Source: Erysipelothrix inopinata
Lineage (GTDB): Bacteria; Bacillota_I; Bacilli_A; Erysipelotrichales; Erysipelotrichaceae
Assembly: GCF_014396165.1 (NCBI RefSeq)
Contig: NZ_CP060715.1
Location: 1 to 32,000 of the forward strand
DNA: 32,000 nt
Direction: 5' to 3'
The translations under genes were made by a program, and so were the position numbers. The notes under the pieces were generated by a model. It did not search any database. It saw only the letters and a program-made list of their open reading frames with translations, and was not told the DNA's origin. Position 1 is the stretch's first letter, and every line of letters begins with the position of its first letter. Below are positions 15,446-25,099 of the stretch, piece after piece.

Positions 15446-16809
15446 TATATTACAAGTTTACCTGGATTTAAACGATTCGTAGGATCAAAGCTTGTCTTAA
15501 TGCTTGACATTAAGTCAAGATATACAGGATCCATCATTTTACCAAAATATTTCTTTTTAATTATGCCGATACCGTGCTCAGCAGATGGGAGACCACCTAA
15601 TTCTTGAATCTTATTATAGAGTAGATTAAGAACAGTATCTAAGGTTTCATGCCATTCACTGTCTGATTCGATATCACCACGGAGTACACAAGTGTGTAAG
15701 TTTCCATCCCCAGCATGTCCAAAACTCATAAGTTTTAATCCATACTTAGCTTCTAATTCTTTTGTATATTCATAGATCGTTGCGATATGATGAATTGGTA
15801 CTGTTTCATCCATCGTGACTTGTTCAGTATAATTAACAACTGCCGTCAACAAGGTATCACGCAATTTCCATGCATCTTTTTCAGATTGTCCTTCAAGAAT
15901 AATATAGTCCTCAGCTTCATGCTTGTCGGCTATTTCTTTTAAAACACCTGCACGTTGATCAATAAATGAAGCATCATCGCCATCAAAAGTTGCAAGTAAG
16001 AAGGAATGTCCCTTTTTAGTAGGGAATACCAAACCTGTTTCTTTCTCGCTAAGTTGAATCATGTCACGTTCAAAGAACTCTAGCGCTGTTGGTGCTATTC
16101 CTGAATGAAGAATTGTATTCACACAACGGGTTGCTTCTAACAAGTTATCAAATGCAATAATATATGATTTCTTAACTTTTGGTAAAGGAATAACCTTCAA
16201 TTGAATGAGTGTACTAATTCCTAATGTTCCTTCCGAACCAATGAAGAGATCCTTAATATCATACCCTGAACTTGATTTAACGTTAAGGGTTCCTACCGTC
16301 AATTCACGACCATCTGCAAGTACTAAACGGATCGTTCGAACGTAGTCTCTCGTTACACCATACTTCACTGCACGCATCCCACCAGCATTGGTAGCAACGT
16401 TTCCGCCAATCGTAGAATTCTTTGACCCTGGATCTGGCGGATAGAAAAATCCACGTGACTCAACATACTCTTGAATCTCATGCAATTGAACACCAGGTTC
16501 AACCGTTAGAGTCATTGTATTTAAATCCAAATCAATAATTTTATTCATTTTTGATAAATCTATAATAAGTTCATTTTCAAGCGGTGCGGTAGCTCCTGAG
16601 AGACCGGTGCCTGCTCCCCTTGCAATAATCTTTAAATCTTTTTCATTGGCATATTTAACTAAAGCCACGACTTCTTCATGTGTTAAGGGTAATGCTACAG
16701 CATGAACACTTTTTGCTTGCCCAACATATTCATCAAAAAGATAGTCTTGTCCAACTTCATCCCCAATAAATAAGCGAGATGAATCTTTAATGATTTCTAC
16801 TAATTCCAT
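15445..16809 (-). CDS. FAD-linked oxidase, GlcD / D-lactate (D-2-hydroxyacid) dehydrogenase family
   Basis: PCMH-type FAD-binding domain (ARGAGTGLSGA) and the C-terminal FAD-oxidase_C signature (HAGDGNLH ... SAEHGIG). I place the start at ATG 16809 (MELVEII) because a GGAGGT RBS lies inside the first four codons of the ORF-track start. Confidence 0.88.
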   Translation of the reverse strand: MELVEIIKDSSRLFIGDEVGQDYLFDEYVGQAKSVHAVALPLTHEEVVALVKYANEKDLKIIARGAGTGLSGATAPLENELIIDLSKMNKIIDLDLNTMTLTVEPGVQLHEIQEYVESRGFFYPPDPGSKNSTIGGNVATNAGGMRAVKYGVTRDYVRTIRLVLADGRELTVGTLNVKSSSGYDIKDLFIGSEGTLGISTLIQLKVIPLPKVKKSYIIAFDNLLEATRCVNTILHSGIAPTALEFFERDMIQLSEKETGLVFPTKKGHSFLLATFDGDDASFIDQRAGVLKEIADKHEAEDYIILEGQSEKDAWKLRDTLLTAVVNYTEQVTMDETVPIHHIATIYEYTKELEAKYGLKLMSFGHAGDGNLHTCVLRGDIESDSEWHETLDTVLNLLYNKIQELGGLPSAEHGIGIIKKKYFGKMMDPVYLDLMSSIKTSFDPTNRLNPGKLVI

Positions 16810-16852
16810 ATTTACCTCCATACGGTAATTATAGTTGAAAGGGCTTTACGTT

Positions 16853-16888
16853 AAAAACGAAGTGCCACAAATTCCCGGCACTTCGTTT
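16853..16888 (-). terminator. Intrinsic terminator after the major pilin gene
   Basis: 12-bp stem AAACGAAGTGCC (16855-16866) pairs with GGCACTTCGTTT (16877-16888) around a 10-nt loop. On the minus strand the hairpin is followed by TTTTTAA. Confidence 0.85.
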
Positions 16889-16912
16889 GATACAATATTC
16901 ACAGTGTTTTAG

Positions 16913-17272
16913 TTACTTGAAATCTTTACCATCAAATATGATTATATCTCCTTTTTCAGGAGTATAAGTTATTGACTCAACAGTCCCATCTGTAGTATTT
17001 CTTGTCACTTTTACATCTGCATCAGGTTTACCTGCTTTTGTAGCAGTCTCTGCATCGATACTTTCACCAACTTTTGTTTCAGCAGCTACCACTGATGCGG
17101 CAGTAAACAAACTTCTTGCATCTGCTTGATTTTTAGATGTATTTGCACTTCCAATATACCCACTCATTGCTGGGATTAAGATTAGTGCTAAGATTGCTAA
17201 GATAGCAATTACAATTACCAGTTCAATTAATGTAAATCCTTTTTTATTGTTTTGTTTTTTGATTAGTTTCAT
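16913..17272 (-). CDS. pilA: Type IV major pilin (prepilin with class III signal peptide)
   Basis: MKLIKKQNNKKG|FTLIELVIVIAILAILALILIP gives a Gly-Phe cleavage site, Glu at +5 and a hydrophobic alpha-1 helix. 119-aa precursor. GAGAGGGGA RBS before ATG 17272. It starts 16 nt after the pilB stop. Confidence 0.88.
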   Translation of the reverse strand: MKLIKKQNNKKGFTLIELVIVIAILAILALILIPAMSGYIGSANTSKNQADARSLFTAASVVAAETKVGESIDAETATKAGKPDADVKVTRNTTDGTVESITYTPEKGDIIIFDGKDFK

Positions 17273-17288
17273 TTTATTTATCCCCTCT

Positions 17289-18965
17289 CTAATCATCAAT
17301 TACTACTTCACTTCCGTATAGAATCTTTTGTGCTTCTTCGACTGTTGTATCCCCTCCCTTCACAAGGCGCATGACATCATCCCTTAGAAAAGCTATGTTT
17401 CGTGAACGTGCATAGTCAACAAGCTTATGCATCGGTTCCTGCTGGGTAATGAGGTTTTGCATGGTTGCATCAATGGGTACCACTTCAAACACCGCAGTAC
17501 GGCCTGCGTAGCCTGTGTGGTTACATCGATCACAACCTTCTCCTTTAAATTGATAACTTAAGCTTGGTTCTTTTAAAGCAATCCGATCTGATTCAGACAC
17601 GGCTACTTTATGTTTACAATGGCGACAATTTTTTCGAACCAATCGTTGTGCAATAACACACTTCACGGATGAGGCAACCAAGAATGGTTCAACACCCATA
17701 TCGATAAGACGCGTTACGGATGAAAGTGCATCATTGGTATGTAAGGTTGATAATACAAAGTGACCCGTAATCGCAGCCCGAATCGCAATTGAAGCTGTCT
17801 CTGCGTCCCGAATTTCACCAACCATGATTACATCAGGATCAAGTCGTAAAATCGATCTTAGTCCCGATGAGAATGTTAACCCTGCTTTATTATTTATTGT
17901 AACTTGTGAGATACCTTCAAAGTGTTTCTCAACTGGATCTTCAATTGTGATCACACTTTTTTCTGGAGCATTAATCTCTGAGAGCATTGAATAGAGTGTT
18001 GTTGTTTTTCCACTACCTGTTGGCCCCGTAATTAATAAGATTCCGTTAGGCAATTGCATGATATCTCTGAGTTGTCTTTTAATACTGTCAGATAAATCCA
18101 GTTTATCAAGATCATAATCAATGTTCTTTTCACTTCCTAATAAACGCATAACGACCTTTTCTCCATATCCTGAAGGAATCGTTGCAACTCGCATATCAAG
18201 TTTCATTTTGGGATTATCAATGCGAAAAGCACCATCTTGAGGAATTCGTTTTTCCGCAATGTTCATGCTGGATATGATTTTTATTCTCGTAATCATTGGA
18301 TCGTGAAGTTCACGTCTAACCTTCATGAAGTCCTTAAGTTGACCGTCAATTCTAAATTTCACATTCGTATACGTTTCTTCAGGATTAATATGAATATCAC
18401 TGGCATTAACTTCATACGCATGGGTAATGATTGAATTTACTAGTTTTACAACTGGAGCAGATTCAACACGTTCAATAAGTGCTTTATCTTCTGTTGATAT
18501 TTCGATTTCTCCCAACAAATTATCATCATCAATTTTTCCATATGAATGAAGTTTATTAATGGCAGATTCGATAGCCATCGAACTTGAAACGACAAGGTTG
18601 GTGTTCATTCCCGTCATCATAGAAAGATTTTCCATAGCTTCAAAATTGAAAGGATCTGCCGATGCAAAGGTCAATGTGCCTTCTTTAATAAAAAGCGGAA
18701 CAATTTCATGTCGTTTTAAGAAAGCCTCACTAACAATATTTTGTAATTCTTGATCAACCTTTTGTGAGGGATCATCTATAAACTCTAGTCCCAATTTTCG
18801 AGTCGTAAATTTTAAGACATCAGTCTCCGTGATGTATCCATGATCAAGTAAAATATGTTCTAAAGGCTCAAATGTTTTTCTTTGTACCGACAGGACTTCA
18901 TTCAATTGATCTTTAGTAATCATCTTTTCTTCTACAAGCATTTTTCCAATATTGAAATTGTTCAT
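17289..18965 (-). CDS. pilB: Type IV pilus assembly (extension) ATPase, GspE/PilB family
   Basis: 558 aa with an N-terminal GSPII_E_N-type domain, Walker A GPTGSGKTTT, Walker B/Asp box DPDVIMVGEIRD, His box GHFVLSTLHTNDA and a tetracysteine CRHC...CDRC. GAAAGGA RBS. Confidence 0.93.
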   Translation of the reverse strand: MNNFNIGKMLVEEKMITKDQLNEVLSVQRKTFEPLEHILLDHGYITETDVLKFTTRKLGLEFIDDPSQKVDQELQNIVSEAFLKRHEIVPLFIKEGTLTFASADPFNFEAMENLSMMTGMNTNLVVSSSMAIESAINKLHSYGKIDDDNLLGEIEISTEDKALIERVESAPVVKLVNSIITHAYEVNASDIHINPEETYTNVKFRIDGQLKDFMKVRRELHDPMITRIKIISSMNIAEKRIPQDGAFRIDNPKMKLDMRVATIPSGYGEKVVMRLLGSEKNIDYDLDKLDLSDSIKRQLRDIMQLPNGILLITGPTGSGKTTTLYSMLSEINAPEKSVITIEDPVEKHFEGISQVTINNKAGLTFSSGLRSILRLDPDVIMVGEIRDAETASIAIRAAITGHFVLSTLHTNDALSSVTRLIDMGVEPFLVASSVKCVIAQRLVRKNCRHCKHKVAVSESDRIALKEPSLSYQFKGEGCDRCNHTGYAGRTAVFEVVPIDATMQNLITQQEPMHKLVDYARSRNIAFLRDDVMRLVKGGDTTVEEAQKILYGSEVVIDD

Positions 18966-18982
18966 CGAATCATCCTTTCTTT

Positions 18983-18991
18983 TGCTATAAT
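18983..18991 (+). promoter_or_regulatory. Extended -10 promoter element for pilD in the 42-bp pilB/pilD divergent gap
   Basis: TGcTATAAT at 18983-18991, 16 nt before ATG 19008. No good -35. Confidence 0.45.
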
Positions 18992-19007
18992 AGTGCTGGG
19001 TGATAAT

Positions 19008-19742
19008 ATGGGGATAACGATTTTCTGCTTTGGCCTAATCATTGGTTCCTTCTTAGGAGTCGTGATTAATCGCCTTCCACGTCATGAATCATTGGTTTAT
19101 GGACGTTCTCATTGTAATGAATGTAAACATGACCTAGGTCCAAGAGATTTAGTTCCGGTCATAAGTTATTGTTTAAGTAAAGGTACGTGTCGTTATTGTA
19201 AAACGAAGTTACCCTTGCGCTATCCGTTATTGGAACTCATCACAGCGTTTGCCTATCTTGGTGTTTCAATTACGAGTTCTACAAACATTGATTTAATCTT
19301 AAATTTAATTTTTGTATCACTGCTTATCTGCATTACTTTTATAGATATTGATACGTTTATGATATTTGATCGTTTTCATGTTCTCATTGCAATTCTTGCA
19401 ATTCTACGAATTATTACATTTAATCTTTCTTGGATAGATCACTTGATTGGCGCATTGGTCATCAGTGTTCCTTACTTAATTCTCGCCATATTGACCCAAG
19501 GTATGGGCGGTGGCGATATTAAGCTTGTTGCTGCATTAGGACTTTATCTGGGGGTAAACCCCATGTTGATGAGCTTTATGCTTACCTCCATCATTGGTGG
19601 CGTGTACGCCATTGCTCTACTTCTTACTAAGAAGAAATCAATGCAGGCGCAACTTCCATATGGACCGTTTATTTGCATTGGGGCTTACATAGCACTCGTG
19701 GCCTATCAAGACATTATTATTTGGTATTTAAGCTTTTTCTAA
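19008..19742 (+). CDS. pilD: Prepilin peptidase / N-methyltransferase (A24 family)
   Basis: The start MGITIFCFGLIIGSFLGVVINRLP is typical. Cys pairs CNEC...CRYC are present. Catalytic Asp contexts are FIDIDTFMIFD and GMGGGDIKLVAALG. The ORF-track start at 18882 would overlap the pilB start codon region, so I chose ATG 19008. Confidence 0.9.
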   Translation: MGITIFCFGLIIGSFLGVVINRLPRHESLVYGRSHCNECKHDLGPRDLVPVISYCLSKGTCRYCKTKLPLRYPLLELITAFAYLGVSITSSTNIDLILNLIFVSLLICITFIDIDTFMIFDRFHVLIAILAILRIITFNLSWIDHLIGALVISVPYLILAILTQGMGGGDIKLVAALGLYLGVNPMLMSFMLTSIIGGVYAIALLLTKKKSMQAQLPYGPFICIGAYIALVAYQDIIIWYLSFF

Positions 19743-19753
19743 CTGGATGACTT

Positions 19754-20419
19754 TCATTCAGTTTTTATTTTATCTAATGAATAAACACTAAAATTAAGGA
19801 TTCCTGAATTTCTTTGTGTATCAAGTGAAACAGATTGGAGATAGATTCGTGGCATGCTTTCTTGAATCTTAGAAATAAAATCTACCATATCATTACTATT
19901 TCCGGACACTTCGACAGTCAACGTATAGATCCATAATTCTTGTTTATTATCTGATTCACTCTCTGGTGATTCATTCTCTTTTTTAGTATTGACTGGTTGA
20001 CCATTAATCCGATCAATATTTTCCTGAAGCTGAGAGGCTTCTTTTTCTTTGATGTTTTTGTTTTTAATATCTGCAAGCAATCCATCTTGAAATCCAAGCT
20101 TATTAATCTTTAAGTTAGTTTCTGTAGCATAGTGTCGAATCTGCAAATCGTAGGTTTCAGGTTGGATTGGATCAGAAATTTTATCTAAGGAATCAATCAC
20201 TTCATTCTTAACATCTTGATGATTTTCTCGTGTTTTTTTAATATTAGGAACTGCAATCTGCATCTCCATTTCCGTGTTACGCAAGTCATCCATTTCGAGT
20301 TCAAGTGCTTCAATATCATTTTTTAGAGGATTAATTAAAAACATAACACCTCCTAAAATAATAATAATTAACGCTAATATTAAGAGTAGGATTTCTTCAC
20401 GTTTTGTAAGTTTCTTCAT
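19754..20419 (-). CDS. pilO: PilO-like type IV pilus alignment protein (bitopic, coiled coil)
   Basis: 221 aa with a short cytoplasmic N-terminus, one TM segment (ILLLILALIIIILGGVMFLI), a coiled-coil segment and a C-terminal globular part. Position is after pilM-pilN, with a 4-nt overlap with pilN. The call rests on topology and synteny only. Confidence 0.55.
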   Translation of the reverse strand: MKKLTKREEILLLILALIIIILGGVMFLINPLKNDIEALELEMDDLRNTEMEMQIAVPNIKKTRENHQDVKNEVIDSLDKISDPIQPETYDLQIRHYATETNLKINKLGFQDGLLADIKNKNIKEKEASQLQENIDRINGQPVNTKKENESPESESDNKQELWIYTLTVEVSGNSNDMVDFISKIQESMPRIYLQSVSLDTQRNSGILNFSVYSLDKIKTE

Positions 20420-20979
20420 GATTGTCCTCCCTCAATCTCTACAATAATTTGACCTTCATAACCGCCTTGGTCTGTTTTTTCTTGATATCCAGAGTAATGA
20501 ACTTTTCGTTCATATTTATCTAATTTGATATTAGAAACAAATCTTGAGAGTGCTGCCGTACTTGAACTTGAGACCCCGATCGTTAATTGATTTTGTTGGA
20601 TTGTTAGTTTATCTAAAGTCACCCCCGATGGCATCAAACTTAGATATGATTTTAATTCTTCTCCTGAAAAATCTTGGTACGAGTCTAAAGTTTCATTCAC
20701 AGAATCAATTTGCTTTAAGAAGGCACGATTCATCGTCATATCTTTGGTTAAGTTCTGATGCTCTTGATAGACTTTTTGATACTCAACATTATCTACCATC
20801 AAAAGTAACGCTTCTTTTTCAGTCATCAAGGTTCGTTTTTTGTTAAGGTTAAAAGCATACATTACGCAAATCCCAAAGACACAGAGTAGGATAATAAGCG
20901 GTTTACTATTGATACCCTTTTTATTCGTTGTTTTCTTAGTCGTTTTGGATGTTTGATATAAATTCATCTTTTTACTCAT
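20416..20979 (-). CDS. pilN: PilN-like type IV pilus alignment protein
   Basis: 187 aa. The N-terminal MNLYQ peptide resembles the PilM-binding INLLP motif. It has one TM segment (LIILLCVFGICVMYAF) and a periplasmic-type coiled coil. 4-nt overlaps with pilM and pilO. The call rests on topology and synteny. Confidence 0.6.
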   Translation of the reverse strand: MSKKMNLYQTSKTTKKTTNKKGINSKPLIILLCVFGICVMYAFNLNKKRTLMTEKEALLLMVDNVEYQKVYQEHQNLTKDMTMNRAFLKQIDSVNETLDSYQDFSGEELKSYLSLMPSGVTLDKLTIQQNQLTIGVSSSSTAALSRFVSNIKLDKYERKVHYSGYQEKTDQGGYEGQIIVEIEGGQS

Positions 20980-21860
20980 AACATGACTCCAATCGTACTA
21001 AAACAGTTATTAATTTTTAAATCGGTAACACCCAATACTTCATTCAATAATACCGCTTCACATCGTATTTGATATTCAGATTCCAAAATACGTTTCACCA
21101 CTTCAATTTTTTTAGGACTTCCTACAAGTCGTACTACAGTAACAGGACCAAGTCCCTTTTCTTTTAGGTATTGGTTCATATGTTCTAATGATTTAATAAT
21201 CATATAAACTTTATCATGCTCACTTTTTCCTCTATATCGTAGTGTGCGTAAAGATTTTAATTCACCTTTTTCAGTTAGGAAGATTCGCGTGTAGTCTTCT
21301 TGATAATCCACAAAGAGTTGCGGACTCCCTGACGTTATGAGATCCATTGATTCAATAAAATGTAGGGATGTTGCTAATGCAGTGCTTATTGTCTTAATTT
21401 TTAATTTAAGATGATGACAAACTGTAGAAATTTGATCAATTGCTTCTTTTGATATTGCGGAAGCAACAATAAACTCAGTCTTATTGCTTTTATCATGGCT
21501 CGTTCTTATGACCTGATAATCGCATATGTAGTCGAGTCCAATATTGAAATATGACATCATTTCGTTTTGTACAATCATTTTTTGTTTCTTTTTATCCACT
21601 TTAGGTATTGTCATGGTGTGCGTGAGTACCATGGCATTATCGAGCACAATTGACACTTCTTTTTCTTTAATTTGATAACCTCTGAGTAGAAATTGTAATC
21701 GCTCTTCAAATTCATCTAAATCTTTTATGTGCTTCGATTGTGGATCAATAAGGTCAAACGGTTCAGTTACAACACGATGAATTTTTTTAATTTTTGATCC
21801 TGATGTTTTCGCATGAACAATCTGAATTGATTGATCACGTAACGTAATCGCCATTGCCAT
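20976..21860 (-). CDS. pilM: PilM-like actin-fold type IV pilus assembly protein
   Basis: 294 aa, cytoplasmic. Its layout matches PilM (early beta-strands ITLRDQSIQIVHAK, then the TMTIPKVDKKKQKMIVQNEM..DYQVI block). AAGGAGGGA RBS. Position is between pilC and pilN. Confidence 0.7.
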   Translation of the reverse strand: MAMAITLRDQSIQIVHAKTSGSKIKKIHRVVTEPFDLIDPQSKHIKDLDEFEERLQFLLRGYQIKEKEVSIVLDNAMVLTHTMTIPKVDKKKQKMIVQNEMMSYFNIGLDYICDYQVIRTSHDKSNKTEFIVASAISKEAIDQISTVCHHLKLKIKTISTALATSLHFIESMDLITSGSPQLFVDYQEDYTRIFLTEKGELKSLRTLRYRGKSEHDKVYMIIKSLEHMNQYLKEKGLGPVTVVRLVGSPKKIEVVKRILESEYQIRCEAVLLNEVLGVTDLKINNCFSTIGVML

Positions 21861-21871
21861 ACTATCCCTCC

Positions 21872-23062
21872 TTATTGAACAGTGTCATACATTTTAAATA
21901 TTGGTTGAATAATCGAGATAACAATAAATGCGACAATGATTCCCATAACCACAATCATGATTGGCTCTATTAAACCAATCAGCCTCGTTATAGCGGCATC
22001 AGCTTCATCATCAAGATACTGAGCTGTTTTTCCGAGGATATCACCCAATGATCCCGTCTCTTCACCAACTTTTAGCATTGAACCAAACATCGATTCAAAC
22101 TCTTTCACATTCGCAATCGATTCGGAAATACTGGATCCGTTCGTTACGTTTTGTTTAATCTTTAATAACTCTTCAGATAAATACGCATTTCCAACTACTT
22201 CTGAAGTAAGTTCAATCATATCCAATGTCGAAACACCATGATTGTATAAAGAAGAAAATGAACGGGCGCAACGCGATGAGTAAATGGTTTGTAACAACGG
22301 ACCCACCACAGGTAGATGAAGTAATCTCTTGTGAGCTCGAATTTTAATTCGTGGCGTATCATACAATACTTTTCCCACAACAATGAAAATTAATAATATT
22401 CCGATTACGAGGTACCATTTTGTAAGAATAAAGTCAGATATTCCCATTAAGAATCGCGTTGACCCTGGCATATCATCCGGTTCAAAGTTCGCAGTAATGG
22501 TTGGGAGAACAAAGAGGACGAGAGCTAATACAACTGTAACAGCAACCCCCAATAAAACTGTTGGATACATGCTTGCCGTTTTAATCTTAGCGTTTATCTT
22601 TTGGCTCTTATCATAATGTTCTGACATCGTTCTCAATGACGCGTCTAAATCACCACCCATTTCACCAGACTTAACCATACTAATTAGAAAATCGTCAAAT
22701 ACGCCACCTTGTGCACTCATCGCAACTGATAAAGAATTTCCTTTTTGAACTTCCTCATAAAGATTACGATAGATAGCTCGTTCTTTATCATTCTTCGCCT
22801 TACTTTGAACAAGATGTAAAGAATCAAGTAAGTTAATTCCTGAAGACAACATGGTGCTTAATTGATAGCAAAAAATATTGGCCGACTTCATTTTAAGTTT
22901 CTTGACCTTCTTAGTCGTTTGCTTCCCTTCAAAGACTTCATAGTCTAGAAGATAGCATCCTTGTGCTTTCACAAGATCTACGATTTCATGCTCGTTTTTA
23001 ACTTGCATCACTGTCTTGGTTTTCTTCCCAGCCTGGTCAATCATTTGTACTCTGTAGGTCAT
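21872..23062 (-). CDS. pilC: Type IV pilus platform protein, GspF/PilC family
   Basis: 396 aa with two T2SSF repeats, each followed by TM segments (LSTMLSSGINLLDSL ... and ... FSSLYNHGVSTLDMI), and three TM helices. ATGA overlap with the upstream gene. Confidence 0.9.
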   Translation of the reverse strand: MTYRVQMIDQAGKKTKTVMQVKNEHEIVDLVKAQGCYLLDYEVFEGKQTTKKVKKLKMKSANIFCYQLSTMLSSGINLLDSLHLVQSKAKNDKERAIYRNLYEEVQKGNSLSVAMSAQGGVFDDFLISMVKSGEMGGDLDASLRTMSEHYDKSQKINAKIKTASMYPTVLLGVAVTVVLALVLFVLPTITANFEPDDMPGSTRFLMGISDFILTKWYLVIGILLIFIVVGKVLYDTPRIKIRAHKRLLHLPVVGPLLQTIYSSRCARSFSSLYNHGVSTLDMIELTSEVVGNAYLSEELLKIKQNVTNGSSISESIANVKEFESMFGSMLKVGEETGSLGDILGKTAQYLDDEADAAITRLIGLIEPIMIVVMGIIVAFIVISIIQPIFKMYDTVQ

Positions 23063-24693
23063 TGTTTCACCTCTTTGATTGGTCCAAGTTTAATTTCATC
23101 ACTTTGTCCTGGATTGTCCGGACCATTTCCCTCGGAAGAAACAGGCATCAAAATTTCAATAGGAAACTTGGTAAAATCAGGATCTTTATAATATATTTTC
23201 GGATTCGACCCCATAAACTCTATTTCTTGCGCTACAATTGCACCCTTAAAGTAGTTACTACCATAACGAATACTTCCATTAGGAATGAAGAAAAGTTCTG
23301 AAGTTACCTGGGGTGATGCAGATGTAATCTCAACCGAACTTCCTTGCTCCACTAAAATAATATTAGCGTTTAAATTTTGAGAAATATTTATAGTATGACA
23401 TTCCCCCATAAAACTCCCAAAGTATCCCGAGCTATCAATATTTGCTGCTCCGCGGTTCAATACAATCTCATCAGGTGTTATTTTTGATCCTGTATGTTTC
23501 TTGCTATTCTCTGCAAAGATGACAATTTTATCCTTGTCTCCTTTGGTTTTAGAATCAATATTCATGAACGTTATTGGATTAAAGTTTAGGTTTGGAGTTC
23601 CTTGATGTCCATTAACATAAATAGTCAGTCTTCCATTTCCCTTGACATAAATGGTACCCATCGCTTCCAAATAATCCGTTATGATTGCTACATTTCGATT
23701 TTCTGTATCAATCGTGAGTGAATTATCCCAACTGGAAACCACTTTTAATTGCGGAATATAAGTCATTCTATTTTTCAATTTCAGGGTAATATGTTGACCG
23801 TTTTTGACTTCAAGATTCCCATTATTATTGACAGCGTTCGGATTTGAAACGTCACTTGGTTTTATTTTTTGTTGTGAAGTAGGAAACTTAGGCATCCTTG
23901 TTTGAGGTAATGCAGGATACTCTGTACCATTTACAACTTGACCAGAACTAATCAAAGCTTTCGAAGCATTCACATCATAATTAGTATTATTTGGACTGTA
24001 ATCATTGCCTCTAATTAAAACATCTTCCGGTTTGTGTCCTTTTCCAATAAAAATATTACCGTTAACTTTCGTCTGATTTCGAGTACTAATGAAGAGTCCT
24101 TGTTTAACAGGATTAATGATTCCTATATTTCCTTCAATGACACCTTCTCTAAGTATTAATTTCTTGTCTGCAAGGAGTGCATCATTTACTACAAATTCGG
24201 TAACAGGAAATACAACACTGCTTCTCAAATTCATAATCGTTTGTGATACGGTTCTAACTTGTGAGTCATAGACACCTGCTGCTCTTATTTCATAGGTATC
24301 ATCTTCACTTGTTTCTAAAAATTCTATATCTGCAAAGATACCCGGTTCAATTTCATACTTACCATCCTTAAGATGATCATCAATAAGTTGATTGATTGCT
24401 CTCATAAAATCTTTATGCGAACTCTCAGTAAGATCTAATCGATCCAAATGCGTAAGATTATTCAAATCTTCCTTAAGTAAAGTTACTGTACGATTAAGTC
24501 CTGTTTCCGCAATATAATAAGCTGAATAGTGCTTATTCCGATCTTTGGATTCTTGAAATGTTGCCAATGTTCTTGAACTAATGGAAAAAATAAGTACAAC
24601 CATTACTAGAAAGAAAACAATCATCGTCATTAAAGCCGATCCTTTTTCTTCTTTAATTTTATTCCACATTTCGTAACGTATACGATTGTTCAT
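23059..24693 (-). CDS. Large pilin-like protein with PilX_N/ComGG-type N-terminal anchor and beta-rich C-terminal region (candidate pilus tip/adhesin component)
   Basis: The N-terminus KGSALMTMIVFFLVMVVLIFSIS followed by SAYYIAETGLNR is the PilX_N-type pattern. The remaining roughly 400 aa are rich in N/G/I/V with repeated short motifs (EGNIGII, NGNIFIG, GTIYVKGNGRLTIYVNG, FKGAIVAQEIEF), suggesting a beta-helix. The start is probably ATG 24693 (GGGGG RBS); the ORF-track start at 24708 is a TTG. Confidence 0.65.
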   Translation of the reverse strand: MNNRIRYEMWNKIKEEKGSALMTMIVFFLVMVVLIFSISSRTLATFQESKDRNKHYSAYYIAETGLNRTVTLLKEDLNNLTHLDRLDLTESSHKDFMRAINQLIDDHLKDGKYEIEPGIFADIEFLETSEDDTYEIRAAGVYDSQVRTVSQTIMNLRSSVVFPVTEFVVNDALLADKKLILREGVIEGNIGIINPVKQGLFISTRNQTKVNGNIFIGKGHKPEDVLIRGNDYSPNNTNYDVNASKALISSGQVVNGTEYPALPQTRMPKFPTSQQKIKPSDVSNPNAVNNNGNLEVKNGQHITLKLKNRMTYIPQLKVVSSWDNSLTIDTENRNVAIITDYLEAMGTIYVKGNGRLTIYVNGHQGTPNLNFNPITFMNIDSKTKGDKDKIVIFAENSKKHTGSKITPDEIVLNRGAANIDSSGYFGSFMGECHTINISQNLNANIILVEQGSSVEITSASPQVTSELFFIPNGSIRYGSNYFKGAIVAQEIEFMGSNPKIYYKDPDFTKFPIEILMPVSSEGNGPDNPGQSDEIKLGPIKEVKQ

Positions 24694-25099
24694 AAAACTG
24701 GCCCCCAACTTTCTCTGAAGTTTTTAATTTCAGAATGATTTTATTTGTATTCTCTTCAATTTTAAATTCGCTCACATTATTCATAAGTACTTGTTTATTT
24801 CGATAAATTGTATTGTCTTCCAAACAATATTGTAGTTTTGAATCTGTTTCCGCAGTATCCTTCAAAAAGAAGCAATTACCATTTTGATTCACATTAAACT
24901 GTTGATTTGACTCTCGAATATCTTTTTCAAAATAGTAATTAAGACGATCCGACTCTTCTTGAACTTGTACAGATATTTCTTGGTTTTGATGATGGCTCAT
25001 AAAATTTAAAAATATATGATGTATTGATCCTATAATAATCGAAAAGACAAACAAGCCTACCATAAGTTCCAACAAGGTCATTCCTTTTTTACTGTGCAT
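24659..25099 (-). CDS. Minor type IV pilin (prepilin-type N-terminal cleavage/methylation domain)
   Basis: MHSKKG|MTLLELMVGLFVFSIIIGSI has Gly at -1, Met at +1, Glu at +5 and a hydrophobic helix. 146 aa. GGGAGTGG RBS. 11-nt overlap with the upstream pilin gene. Confidence 0.8.
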   Translation of the reverse strand: MHSKKGMTLLELMVGLFVFSIIIGSIHHIFLNFMSHHQNQEISVQVQEESDRLNYYFEKDIRESNQQFNVNQNGNCFFLKDTAETDSKLQYCLEDNTIYRNKQVLMNNVSEFKIEENTNKIILKLKTSEKVGGQFYEQSYTLRNVE

